Positions 1 through 9,139 of a stretch of DNA of 64,000 nt are shown in pieces. Under the pieces are notes generated by a model, which was not told the origin of the DNA, made no database searches, and saw only the letters and a program-made list of their open reading frames with translations. How positions within the stretch are numbered: the stretch's first letter is position 1; each line of letters begins with the position of its first letter. The DNA comes from Aureliella sp. (GTDB lineage Bacteria; Planctomycetota; Planctomycetia; Pirellulales; Pirellulaceae). The stretch is from contig OY829846.1 in NCBI GenBank assembly GCA_963691875.1, positions 4,320,001 through 4,384,000 on the forward strand, given 5' to 3'. Made by a program: the position numbers and the translations under genes.

Positions 1-207
1 GTCAAAGCCCATTCGTTTGACCTTCTGTAGTGCCTCCAATGAATGCGGATCGTAAATCTCGAATCGTTCCGTGACACGACAGGTCGTTGGCTTGCCGTAG
101 AACTCAGAATCGGGTGTCGAACGAAGACTTTCGTCTTGTGCAATTGCGTCAAACGCTAGGCACAAGCAAGAAACGATGGTCAGCGGAGCGACGAAACGGA
201 AGTTCAT
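1..207 (-). CDS. Secreted protein, N-terminal part only (runs off the window)
   Basis: Manual translation from ATG at 207: MNFRFVAPLTIVSCLCLAFDAIAQDESLRSTPDSEFYGKPTTCRVTERFEIYDPHSLEALQKVKRMGFD. Signal-peptide-like start; frame open to position 1. Confidence 0.65.
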   Translation of the reverse strand, partial: MNFRFVAPLTIVSCLCLAFDAIAQDESLRSTPDSEFYGKPTTCRVTERFEIYDPHSLEALQKVKRMGFD

Positions 208-379
208 TGTTAAGTCAAAGTTGAGTTGTTGAGTGGCGCGCGGCAACTACGACGCCGTCCGCAAGTAGAGGGTGTCGAAGTCCTTCGACTTCGGAGAATT
301 TCAGGATCGCATAAGATCGACAGGCCATCATCGCGTTTCTCCTCTGCTATTTGGGTGTGAATTTGTGCGATAAGCTCAA

Positions 380-416
380 AAGAAAAGCCAACGTCCGGTT
401 TCGAACGTCGGCTTTC
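380..416 (-). terminator. Intrinsic terminator after the Gfo/Idh/MocA gene
   Basis: Minus strand GAAAGCCGACGTTCG-AAA-CCGGACGTTGGCTTTTCTTTT: GC-rich stem with G-U pairs followed by a U-rich tail. Confidence 0.7.
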
Positions 417-464
417 GAATATTTGTTGTTACAGCGTCACTATTGCTGATGTTGTAAGGATTTT

Positions 465-1595
465 CTACACGTTTTCCCAGCGGCTGTCGGCGGCGCTCTT
501 GAGGACGGCATCGCAGACTTTTTGGGTCTCGAGCGCGTCTCGGAAACTTGGCGCAGCTGGCTCGCCAGTGTCCAAGCTCTTCAAGAAATCAGCGACTTGG
601 TGGGTAAACGAGTGCTCGTAGCCGATCTGAAGTCCGGGCACCCACCAGTTGCCCATGTAGGGCTGATCACCGTCGGAAACGTGAACGCTTCGCCAGCCAC
701 GAACAATACCTTCGTCGGAGTGGTCGAAATACTCTAGGCGGTGCAGGTCGTGCAAGTCCCATCGCATGCTGGCGTGCTCACCGTTGATCTCCAGGGTGTA
801 GAGAGCCTTGTGGCCGCGAGCATATCGTGTGGACTCAAAAAGCCCCATAGATCCATTTTCAAATCGGCATAGGAACGCACAGGCATCGTCGATGCCAACG
901 GCTTGTTTCTCACCGGTTTCGGCGTGAACACGTTCTTTGACGAAGGTTTCGGTCATGGCAGAGACGTTGTTGATTGAACCGTTCAGCCAGATCGCGGTGT
1001 CAATACAGTGAGCCAACAAGTCACCGGTCACGCCAGAGCCAGCTGCCTCGACGTCCAAACGCCAAGTCGCAGCGCCACCTTGCGGCACGTCCGCGCTAAT
1101 CGTCCAGTCTTGGAGAAAGTTCGCCCGGTAGTGGAAGATCCTTCCGAGTTTTCCGGATTCTAATATTTGTTTCGCAAGTGAAACAGCAGGAACGCGGCGG
1201 TAGTTGTACCAGACCATGTTAGCGACACCGGCGGCCTCGACGGCTTGGCACATTTCTTCGCCCTCAGCCGCATCCATTGCGAGTGGCTTCTCGCAAAGGA
1301 TCATCTTGCCAGCTTTGGCGGCTTCGATGGCAATTTCTTTGTGCAGGTTGTTTGGCGTGCAGATGTCGACAGCGTCGATGTCATCGCGCTTTAGCAACTC
1401 GCGCCAATCAGATTCGACTGACTCGTAGCCCCAGTTATCTGCAAAGGGCTGGGCTTTTTCTTGGTTGCGAGCACAGAGTGCTTTCAATACAGGTTTATGT
1501 TCGCTATCGAAAAACCTGGCGGCTTGTAGATAGGCGTTCGAGTGAGTCTTGCCCATGAAGCCATAGCCGATCATGCCAATACGAAGTTCTTTCAC
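465..1595 (-). CDS. Gfo/Idh/MocA family NAD-dependent oxidoreductase
   Basis: GMIGYGFMG Rossmann motif, CEKPLA motif, GDLLAHCID catalytic segment. Confidence 0.92.
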   Translation of the reverse strand: MKELRIGMIGYGFMGKTHSNAYLQAARFFDSEHKPVLKALCARNQEKAQPFADNWGYESVESDWRELLKRDDIDAVDICTPNNLHKEIAIEAAKAGKMILCEKPLAMDAAEGEEMCQAVEAAGVANMVWYNYRRVPAVSLAKQILESGKLGRIFHYRANFLQDWTISADVPQGGAATWRLDVEAAGSGVTGDLLAHCIDTAIWLNGSINNVSAMTETFVKERVHAETGEKQAVGIDDACAFLCRFENGSMGLFESTRYARGHKALYTLEINGEHASMRWDLHDLHRLEYFDHSDEGIVRGWRSVHVSDGDQPYMGNWWVPGLQIGYEHSFTHQVADFLKSLDTGEPAAPSFRDALETQKVCDAVLKSAADSRWENV

Positions 1596-1662
1596 GTTTG
1601 TATTCCTATGTTGGGTTTGTGTTTTGTCTTGTGCGGGGGCGGAGCCGAGCGAGGCATTCTAA

Positions 1663-1705
1663 CCCTATCGCTTGCAGGAGGGGCGGCCTGTCAGGCCGGG
1701 GAGGG
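1663..1705. repeat. Degenerate GC-rich palindromic intergenic repeat (copy 1)
   Basis: CCCTATCGCTTGCAGGAGGGGCGGCCTGTCAGGCCGGGGAGGG shares the GCTTGC(A)GGAGGG core with the inverted copy at 2873-2912. Confidence 0.4.
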
Positions 1706-1796
1706 CTCCTGTTCGCTCGCATTACTCCGGACTATCGCGAGGACCAGTAGGTTTGCAGGTACGTATCCTCACAGACCGAAGCCTTTACTGACTGTG

Positions 1797-2813
1797 CTAA
1801 CTGTGCGCTTCGCGCACTTTGATCATCGTGTCCAAAATGGTGTTCCAGGTTTTGCCGTCTTCGAGCATGGCGTTGGGGAACATGCAGCCGTCCCAGCAAA
1901 TATGCTTGATGCCGCGGTCTGCATAATCCTTGAGCCAGTAGCCCGCACACTTGACAATATCTAGCTTGCCGTTGGGGTCGTCTGCGGGGCAGTGCTTGCC
2001 TGTCTTATCATGCGAGCCAGCGCCGTGGACTTCACCGTCGTTCTGAGCGACGTGGAAGTCAATCGTCCAAGGACGAAGCTTGTCGGTCATTTGCTCGTAG
2101 GCGGCGTAGAATTCTTCGCCCGAGTAGCCGTCCTTGAGCAACGCATGTTCTGGTGCGTTGTAGCCCATCAGGTACAAGTACGTGTGTGCGAGGTCAGCTT
2201 GGAATCCGAGCGACTCTGGCATGCCGACTTCTTCGAGCAAATCGAGCATGTCTTTCCAGCTGTGCATGCCTGCCCAGCAAATCTCGCCCTCGGCCGCGAG
2301 ACGCTCGCCGCTGTCTGCAGCGATCTTGGCTGCTTCCTTGAATGTGGCGGCGATCTTGGAGGTGTTGGCAGCCGCATCCGCTTTCCAAGCTTCGACACCG
2401 AACTCGGCGGAGTCGATACGAATCACACCGTAGTCTCGAACTCCATGCTCGTTAAAGATACCGGCAATGCGGCAAGCCATTTTCACGGCGGAAAGGAACT
2501 TGTCCTTCTGCTCTTGGTCGCCCATAGCGGAGTCACCGACGGTGCCAGGCCAAACGGGTGCGACTAGGGAGCCGACCTTAAATCCTTTGCTGGCGATCAT
2601 GTCGGCGATCTTCTTCAGATCGTCGTCGGAAGCTTCAGGATCGGTATGAGGTAGGAAGAGAAAATAGTCGATACCTTCGTATTTTTGGCCACCGACGTCG
2701 GCAGCGGCGGTGAGGTCCAGCATCTTCTCGAGTCCGATTGGCGGCTCTTGACCTTCGTCGTCACCTTTGCCGACCAAGCCGGGCCACATCGCGTTGTGAA
2801 TCTTGAGGGACAT
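1797..2813 (-). CDS. Sugar phosphate isomerase/epimerase (xylose-isomerase-like TIM barrel)
   Basis: [19 protein letters not shown] and CWDG segments match the metal-binding pattern of AP_endonuc_2-type TIM barrels; lies in an operon with the oxidoreductase. Confidence 0.8.
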   Translation of the reverse strand: MSLKIHNAMWPGLVGKGDDEGQEPPIGLEKMLDLTAAADVGGQKYEGIDYFLFLPHTDPEASDDDLKKIADMIASKGFKVGSLVAPVWPGTVGDSAMGDQEQKDKFLSAVKMACRIAGIFNEHGVRDYGVIRIDSAEFGVEAWKADAAANTSKIAATFKEAAKIAADSGERLAAEGEICWAGMHSWKDMLDLLEEVGMPESLGFQADLAHTYLYLMGYNAPEHALLKDGYSGEEFYAAYEQMTDKLRPWTIDFHVAQNDGEVHGAGSHDKTGKHCPADDPNGKLDIVKCAGYWLKDYADRGIKHICWDGCMFPNAMLEDGKTWNTILDTMIKVREAHS

Positions 2814-2872
2814 TCTGTACTCCAGTGTATGGGTTGTTGTGTTTTGTTAGTCTTGGGGCGGGGTAGGAAGGA

Positions 2873-2912
2873 CCCCTCCGTCGCTAGGGCTCTGTCCCTC
2901 CGCAAGCAGAGG
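2873..2912. repeat. Degenerate GC-rich palindromic intergenic repeat (copy 2, inverted)
   Basis: Reverse complement CCTCTGCTTGCGGAGGGACAGAGCCCTAGCGACGGAGGGG resembles 1663-1705. Confidence 0.35.
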
Positions 2913-2916
2913 CTGA

Positions 2917-4185
2917 CTACCCGCGGGCTGCGCGCCAAGCGCCATTGGCGGGCATGTTCGGGTGGCAGTCTGGGCCGAAATATCTCAGACCGACCAAGGG
3001 CTCCGAGCCAGTGTTTTGGATTTCGACTCCGCCGATCGCAGCTTCGTAGCTGATGAATACTTCATCTTCGGTGTTTTCACCAAAGTCGATCATGGCTGGA
3101 GTTTGCAGAGCGAGTGAGCCCATGCTGCCTTTGCCTTGCACCGTGATCCAGCCACTTGCACCAGGATCTTGCAGAGTGCATTTCGCACCTGGCGCGATTG
3201 TTAGCTCTTTCGCGGTGAAGAGTTGCTTGCCATCAACCGAGCCATAAACGATCCACTTGTCGACATAGCCATCGCCACTCTTTTCTTCGTCGACGATCGG
3301 TTCGATGTAGTTATTGTCCTTAAAGTGCGTATCGACGTTCTTTTCCCAGTCGAGCTGGCCAACGATAAAGTCCAAGTCTTGATGCTTGTCCTCTGGCATG
3401 TCCTTCACGAGCAGCTCCCAGGGCACATAACGGCCTTCGACGATGTTCTGATACATGCCGAATACGTCGCTGCCCCATTGAGGCTCATAGGTGCACAGCG
3501 AACCCGGGGCATGCAACACGCCTGGAGGAATCAGCCAGCCGGTGCCGCGTTGCAGGCGATAGGCTTTGCTCAAGTCGAGGATGCCGTTGTCACCCTTGTT
3601 CCAGTTCTCTAAGCACTTGCGGAGTTGCTCTTTGGTGGTGCCGGGTTCCAGGCCCATGAAGGTGTAGCAGAAGTTGTTGTCGACGTTGTTGTATTGGGGC
3701 GAGAAGTAATAGCTCTCCGGCTTTCCTTCCTGGCCAACCAATGCGGCGTCCTCGGCCGACTGGTGCATGTGGTGAGGAATCGGGCCCATGTTGTCAAAGA
3801 ACTTCGAGTACACGGGCCAGCGGTTGTACTTGCTGAACGTCGCTTCGCCGATTAGCCGATTGCCGAGTTCCGAAACGGCGTCACGCAAGAGGAACTTCTG
3901 GCCTTCAAAAAGGCACATGCTGAGGCCTTCGTGCCATACGCGGCCGTCGTTTGCAGCCTCCGTCGTACTAGCAAACCAACGCTCGTCGATCCCGCCTCTC
4001 TCAGCACCGAAGGCGTAGAGGTGACTGGGGTTCAGACGGATGCGGCGTCCCGGGTGCAAGAAGCTGCGCGGAACCCAAGTTGGTGTGAGTCGCAGCAGTC
4101 CTCCGCCGGCGTCGAGTGCGGAATCAAGAATGGATGCAACGTTATCGCTTTGGACTAAGCCTTCGTCCAATTTTGCATAAGTCAT
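2917..4185 (-). CDS. Cupin-fold protein, type I phosphomannose-isomerase-like
   Basis: PHHMHQ...GKPESYY and IPPGVLHA...EPQ resemble the PMI type I metal ligands (QxH...KPE...H). Confidence 0.7.
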   Translation of the reverse strand: MTYAKLDEGLVQSDNVASILDSALDAGGGLLRLTPTWVPRSFLHPGRRIRLNPSHLYAFGAERGGIDERWFASTTEAANDGRVWHEGLSMCLFEGQKFLLRDAVSELGNRLIGEATFSKYNRWPVYSKFFDNMGPIPHHMHQSAEDAALVGQEGKPESYYFSPQYNNVDNNFCYTFMGLEPGTTKEQLRKCLENWNKGDNGILDLSKAYRLQRGTGWLIPPGVLHAPGSLCTYEPQWGSDVFGMYQNIVEGRYVPWELLVKDMPEDKHQDLDFIVGQLDWEKNVDTHFKDNNYIEPIVDEEKSGDGYVDKWIVYGSVDGKQLFTAKELTIAPGAKCTLQDPGASGWITVQGKGSMGSLALQTPAMIDFGENTEDEVFISYEAAIGGVEIQNTGSEPLVGLRYFGPDCHPNMPANGAWRAARG

Positions 4186-4485
4186 GTCGGACCTGTGTGG
4201 ATGGCAAGATGCGGTGTAGAAGAGGGAAGGAAGTCGATTCTCAATGGCGTTGGAACGGACTCAAGCCCCGCCTTACTACCAGGAAACACCACAAAGTGGG
4301 GACCGCCTGTTTTATTCCGTGGACGAAGCGGTTACAAGTAAGGAGCACTGTTTTCATAGGGTTTCCGCCAACTTCCAAGGGGTAGCTGGCTTGCTCAACC
4401 CAGAATCAAAATCCCTAATCCTCAGGGTTTGTCCCGAGTCCGCAGATCTGCTTCTTTCGCAATTTCAACCAGAGGGAATTTTCCT

Positions 4486-5649
4486 ATGGCAATCAGCCTG
4501 CCTACGCTTGAGAACGCCTCGAGTCCGCCTGATCTTTCACAGCCGCTTGCAGGCGGTTCGACTCATAAGACCGCAGGTGGTGAGTTTACGTTGCAGCGAT
4601 TGAATCTGCGCGGTGGTGCCTGCGAAGGTGTGGAATTGTTGTTGGTGCAAAGCGATCGTGTTCGGGCGGCGATTTGCCCGACTCGCGGTATGAGCCTTTG
4701 GAAAGCGAGTGTAGACGGGACAACCTTGGGTTGGAGTTCACCCGTGCAAGGTCCCGTTCATCCGAATTTCGTAGCGATTGAGGAAAGTTCTGGTCTCGGC
4801 TGGTTGGACGGCTTTGATGAATTGATGGTGCGCTGCGGTCTTCGTAGTTTTGGAGCACCTGACTTCGATGAAAGCGGTTCCTTACTGTTCCCATTGCATG
4901 GTCGAATAGGGAACTTGCCTGCGCGAAATCTTCAAATCAATGTCGATGAGGAGCATTCATTACTTGAGGTGCAAGCCGAGGTTTACGAGACCCGGTTCTT
5001 GCAATTCAATCTTCAGTTGACTGCGAAATACGTTTTCTCGATGGGCCAGCCCACAATTGGAATCTCAGATACCGTTCTGAATGCTTCTGCCACTCCAACC
5101 ACAATGCAGATGCTCTATCACATCAACATTGGCGATCCCGTGTTGGAAGAGGGTAGCAAGGTCGACGTCTCAGCTAGTAAAGTAGTGGCTCGCAATGCGC
5201 ATGCGGCTTCGGACCTGGAGATTTGGAATACGTATCCTGGTCCCGTTGCCGGGTATGAAGAGCAAGTCTACTTCTTCGCTGGCAAGGCCAATGAGCAAGG
5301 CTGGGCACAAGCCGTTGTAGCCAATGCTGCAGATAGTCAAGGTGTATCGGTGCGTTACAAAACAGATACTCTGCCTTTTTTCACCCAGTGGAAGAACACG
5401 GTTGCTCGAGAGGATGGTTTTGTGACAGGATTGGAGCCCGGAACTGGTTTTCCAAACCCGCGGAGCTTTGAAGAAGAAAAGGGTAGGGTGGTTTCACTCG
5501 GGCCTCAGGAAAGCGTTGAATTCAATATTCGCATTGAAGGCCTAGGTGACGCAAGGCAAATCGCAGCGGCTCGCAAGGGAATCGAAGAGCTGACTGGCGG
5601 GAGAGTTGCTGCTAGCGGATTTGACACACACTGGTGCACTCCACGGTAA
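4486..5649 (+). CDS. Aldose 1-epimerase family protein (DUF4432)
   Basis: PTRGM, WLDGFDELMVRCGL, LHGRI, LYHIN and GLEP motifs; ATG at 4486 follows AGAGGG. Confidence 0.85.
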   Translation: MAISLPTLENASSPPDLSQPLAGGSTHKTAGGEFTLQRLNLRGGACEGVELLLVQSDRVRAAICPTRGMSLWKASVDGTTLGWSSPVQGPVHPNFVAIEESSGLGWLDGFDELMVRCGLRSFGAPDFDESGSLLFPLHGRIGNLPARNLQINVDEEHSLLEVQAEVYETRFLQFNLQLTAKYVFSMGQPTIGISDTVLNASATPTTMQMLYHINIGDPVLEEGSKVDVSASKVVARNAHAASDLEIWNTYPGPVAGYEEQVYFFAGKANEQGWAQAVVANAADSQGVSVRYKTDTLPFFTQWKNTVAREDGFVTGLEPGTGFPNPRSFEEEKGRVVSLGPQESVEFNIRIEGLGDARQIAAARKGIEELTGGRVAASGFDTHWCTPR

Positions 5650-5655
5650 CCAAGC

Positions 5656-7101
5656 GTGTATTCGGTCAGTCGTTCCAGCTTAGTCCCGTTCCTCATCGTG
5701 ATCTTTGCCGCCATGATCGCGCGTGGCCTGGTCATTGGTTTTGCAGGGGATAGTCTCCAGCAGGATCCTGATTCGTATCGGGTGCTTGCAGAGACTTGGG
5801 CGGAGACCGGTACCTTTGGTTTCGTGGATGAAGGAACGGAAAAGCCGCGAGCAACGGCGTTTCGTCCACCGCTTTATCCCTGGTTGCTGGGTTGGTTCGT
5901 GGACTCCAATGGTTTAAGCCTGACTTCGGTCGCCGTGGTTCATTGGCTCCTTGGGCTATCGACCGTGGTGTTGGTGTTTTTTATTGCTCGCCAGCTCGGC
6001 TTGGTCGCGTGGGCGGTGGCTCTGGCGGTCACACTCGATCCATTGATGCTCCGGGCTAGTCAGCTGGTGATGACGGAGACACTTGCGGGTTTTCTGGCGA
6101 TGTTGGCCTGGTGGTTGTGGTTGCCTGTGCAATCCGCTGGTAGGGAAAGATGCGTTGCAGTTCGCTCTGCCACGGGACTCTCAACCTCGTCCACTACGGC
6201 ATTTGGTTTGGTGCTGGGCATGGCTGTCCTGGCGAGGCCGACTGCGGCGCCTTGGTGTGTTCTGCTGATTGGTGCTTGGTTGATTTTGGCTCTGCGGAGA
6301 CCTTCGCTTTCGATTCGAACAAAACTGATGGGGCCAGCTCTCGCAACGCTGCTGGTGGCTGTTTGTGTTCTGTCGTGGACTTGGAGAAATCAATCGCAGC
6401 TGGGCAAACCGATCTGGGCGACGACCCACGGTGGATACACGTTGCTGTTAGCTAACAATCCGATGCTCTACGAGCACTTTCGCCAGAGCGGGCCCTCTCG
6501 CGATTGGGACGCCGAGCCTTTTCATCAACGATGGGCGCAGCGGGCAGAAGCTGAACAGGATCCGACACTTCTTGACTATTGGCGAACCGAGAATCAACTA
6601 TTGACTGACAGCCAGTCGACAGGTTTTCCACAAACCATTGGTTTTGCCGAGCTCAAAGATGATGAAGTTGCTTACGCAGCAGCACGCGCGACGATTGCTA
6701 GCGAGCCGTGGTTGTTTTGCGAGAGCTGCATTTATCGAGCGCTTTGGTTCTGGGCTCTTTGGCCGAGAGAAGTAGGCAACGTGGAAAAGTTGTTGATTGG
6801 CGGTTGGTATTTGGTTTGGTTTCTGTTGGTGGCTGTCAGTTTGTGTCAGCAAGTATGGATTTGGCGGAACGCTGAAAGGAACCCAGTGGAAGGAAAACTG
6901 GAAAGCAGGTGGAAGCATCTACGTCTTTGGTTGCCTGGATTGCTGCTGCTGCTGACGCTCACCGCAATTCACAGTGTTTACTGGGGCAACATGCGCATGC
7001 GAGCTCCGCTGATGCCAGTCGTTTACATGCTCGCGCTGACTGGCGTTTCGCGATTGAGTTTAGCCGCAGAGCATGATCAACATGCGGGTTCATTTGGTTG
7101 A
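5656..7101 (+). CDS. ArnT/GT39-like (GT-C) membrane glycosyltransferase
   Basis: Many TM helices, D-P-D-S-Y loop, FRPPLYP, MTETL, LARP and RMRAP motifs. Confidence 0.7.
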   Translation: MYSVSRSSLVPFLIVIFAAMIARGLVIGFAGDSLQQDPDSYRVLAETWAETGTFGFVDEGTEKPRATAFRPPLYPWLLGWFVDSNGLSLTSVAVVHWLLGLSTVVLVFFIARQLGLVAWAVALAVTLDPLMLRASQLVMTETLAGFLAMLAWWLWLPVQSAGRERCVAVRSATGLSTSSTTAFGLVLGMAVLARPTAAPWCVLLIGAWLILALRRPSLSIRTKLMGPALATLLVAVCVLSWTWRNQSQLGKPIWATTHGGYTLLLANNPMLYEHFRQSGPSRDWDAEPFHQRWAQRAEAEQDPTLLDYWRTENQLLTDSQSTGFPQTIGFAELKDDEVAYAAARATIASEPWLFCESCIYRALWFWALWPREVGNVEKLLIGGWYLVWFLLVAVSLCQQVWIWRNAERNPVEGKLESRWKHLRLWLPGLLLLLTLTAIHSVYWGNMRMRAPLMPVVYMLALTGVSRLSLAAEHDQHAGSFG

Positions 7102-7188
7102 AGCAGGAAGTGCCCGGCGCCTTACGGCGACGCGGCTGGGAAGATCAACAGACCGTTACTCTGAAGCTTTACTGGAAAGAGGTTCCAA

Positions 7189-8949
7189 TCAGTAGCCCAA
7201 GGCAGCACCGTCCTTGCGCGCCTCCGTAGCACCCTGCAGGATGCCTCGTTCCCAATCGATCAGAATACCTTGGTAGCCGCCAAAGCTTCCGCCGGTCGAA
7301 GTGGTGTGTCCCTTTGCCTGAAGTGCCTTGACGGTTGCCTCCGGAATACCAGATTCCAACAGCGCTGTCCCGCCGTTCTCTTCTTCCGGAACGCCAGTGG
7401 GTTTTGCGCTGCCGTCGTGACGAATGCGTGCTGCATCACCGGCCATCTGAATGTTCATTCCAAAGTCAATCCAATTGACAAGAACTTGTGCATGCCCCTG
7501 AGGCTGCATGTCGCCGCCCATCACGCCAAAGACGAAGATTGGTTTGTCATCCTGCGTTACCATTGCCGGGATGATGGTATGAAAAGGTCGCTTCTTCGGC
7601 TCGAGGCAATTCAGGTGCTCGGGATCGAGTGAGAAAAGAGCCCCTCGATTCTGAATCGCAAAGCCCAAGTTGCCTGCGACTCGAGCACTGCCGAATCCCC
7701 AGTAATTGCTTTGGATCAAGGAGCAGCAATTCCGATCTTTATCGACCACGCAGAGATAAATCGTGTCACCATTGACGAGTTTCGGATCACCAGCGGGAAC
7801 GCCCACGAGAGCCTTGTCGGGATCGAACAGCTTCGCTCGCTCCGCGGCGTATTCTTTGGAGATCAATGGCTCGAGCGGAACATCAGCCATGTTCATGTCG
7901 GCGTAGAACTTCGCGCGATCAGCAAAGGCCAGCTTCTTGGATTCGATGAACAGGTGCGACCATTCAGGCGAGCCCCACCCCATGCTTTTTACATCGTGTG
8001 GCTCGATCAGGTTCAGGATCTGCAGTGCAGCGATGCCTTGGCCGTTCGGAGGAAGTTCCCACACATCGTAGCCACGATAGTTGGTACTGACGGGTTCCAC
8101 CCACTCGTTGCGATGTATCTTTAAATCTTCACTGCGCAAGAAACTGTTATTCTGGGTATCGCTGTAGCGTACTATTTCTTTCGCGATCTTGCCTTCGTAG
8201 AAGTCTTTTGATCCGAATTCTGCGATGCGTCGGTAGGTGGCGGCAAGATTTGGGTTCCGGAAGATGTCGCCTGCTTGCGGAGCTTTGCCATTGACCAAGA
8301 AAGTACTGGTTGCTTCGGGAGTTTCTTTGAGGCGTGACTCAGCGGCTTTCCAATAGCCTGCGATGACGGGAGCGACTGGGAATCCTTCGTCGGCGAGGCG
8401 AATGGCGGGTTGAAAGATATCCTTCCAAGGCAACTTGCCATATCGTTGATGCAAATCGTGCCACCCGGAGACGCAACCTGGAACAGACCAGGCGAGGGGT
8501 CCGAAAGTTGGGATGTACGCCATCTCAGGATCAAGATCCTTAAGCTTTGCGATCGAGATCGTACGCGGAGAGCGACCGCTGGCATTCAATCCGGTCAGTT
8601 TCTTGTCTTCCGGAGACCAGCAGATGGAGAACAAGTCGCCACCAATACCGCAGCTCATAGGCTCAACGACGCCCAGCACTGCATTGGCGGCTATTGCAGC
8701 ATCGACTGCCGATCCGCCAGCTTGCAAGATCTTTAGCGCGGCTTGCGTAGCTCGCAGATCGCTGGTGGCTGCCATTCCGTTCGTTGCGTAAGTCACACTG
8801 CGAGACTGTTTTTTGTTTCCCGGCCGGTCATACGCTCCGATCGGCGGATTCATGGATTCATCCTGAGCCATGCTGGAAGGGCAGTGGGAAAGAAAGGTGC
8901 AAGTGATTGCAATCCAAGTCATGGCTGTAAGTCGCGCTTTTGCCAGCAT
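7189..8949 (-). CDS. ggt: Gamma-glutamyltransferase (secreted)
   Basis: GGSAVDAAIA, CGIGGD, autocatalytic DTIYL threonine, KRPFHTIIP, GGDMQPQG. The start may extend to 9039. Confidence 0.92.
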   Translation of the reverse strand: MLAKARLTAMTWIAITCTFLSHCPSSMAQDESMNPPIGAYDRPGNKKQSRSVTYATNGMAATSDLRATQAALKILQAGGSAVDAAIAANAVLGVVEPMSCGIGGDLFSICWSPEDKKLTGLNASGRSPRTISIAKLKDLDPEMAYIPTFGPLAWSVPGCVSGWHDLHQRYGKLPWKDIFQPAIRLADEGFPVAPVIAGYWKAAESRLKETPEATSTFLVNGKAPQAGDIFRNPNLAATYRRIAEFGSKDFYEGKIAKEIVRYSDTQNNSFLRSEDLKIHRNEWVEPVSTNYRGYDVWELPPNGQGIAALQILNLIEPHDVKSMGWGSPEWSHLFIESKKLAFADRAKFYADMNMADVPLEPLISKEYAAERAKLFDPDKALVGVPAGDPKLVNGDTIYLCVVDKDRNCCSLIQSNYWGFGSARVAGNLGFAIQNRGALFSLDPEHLNCLEPKKRPFHTIIPAMVTQDDKPIFVFGVMGGDMQPQGHAQVLVNWIDFGMNIQMAGDAARIRHDGSAKPTGVPEEENGGTALLESGIPEATVKALQAKGHTTSTGGSFGGYQGILIDWERGILQGATEARKDGAALGY

Positions 8950-9139
8950 AGTTGTTGTTCCAAAGTTGGTGGCATCTTGGCTGAGGTGAAGGCTCGTGGC
9001 CCGCTCGCTATGAATTATAACAACCAGAGTTGAGCACACGTCCTAGGCTGGAGTCACTAGAACACTATGATAGAAGGCGCCTCCTGTAATTTAGTTCTAA
9101 TAACTTCATCTCACGCCTCGATTATCACTGGGGACTCCA

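Noticed and set aside
4324..4336. LacI-type operator CGAAGCGGTTACA between divergent sugar genes
   Set aside because: Only one good half-site and no LacI gene in the window; too weak to call.
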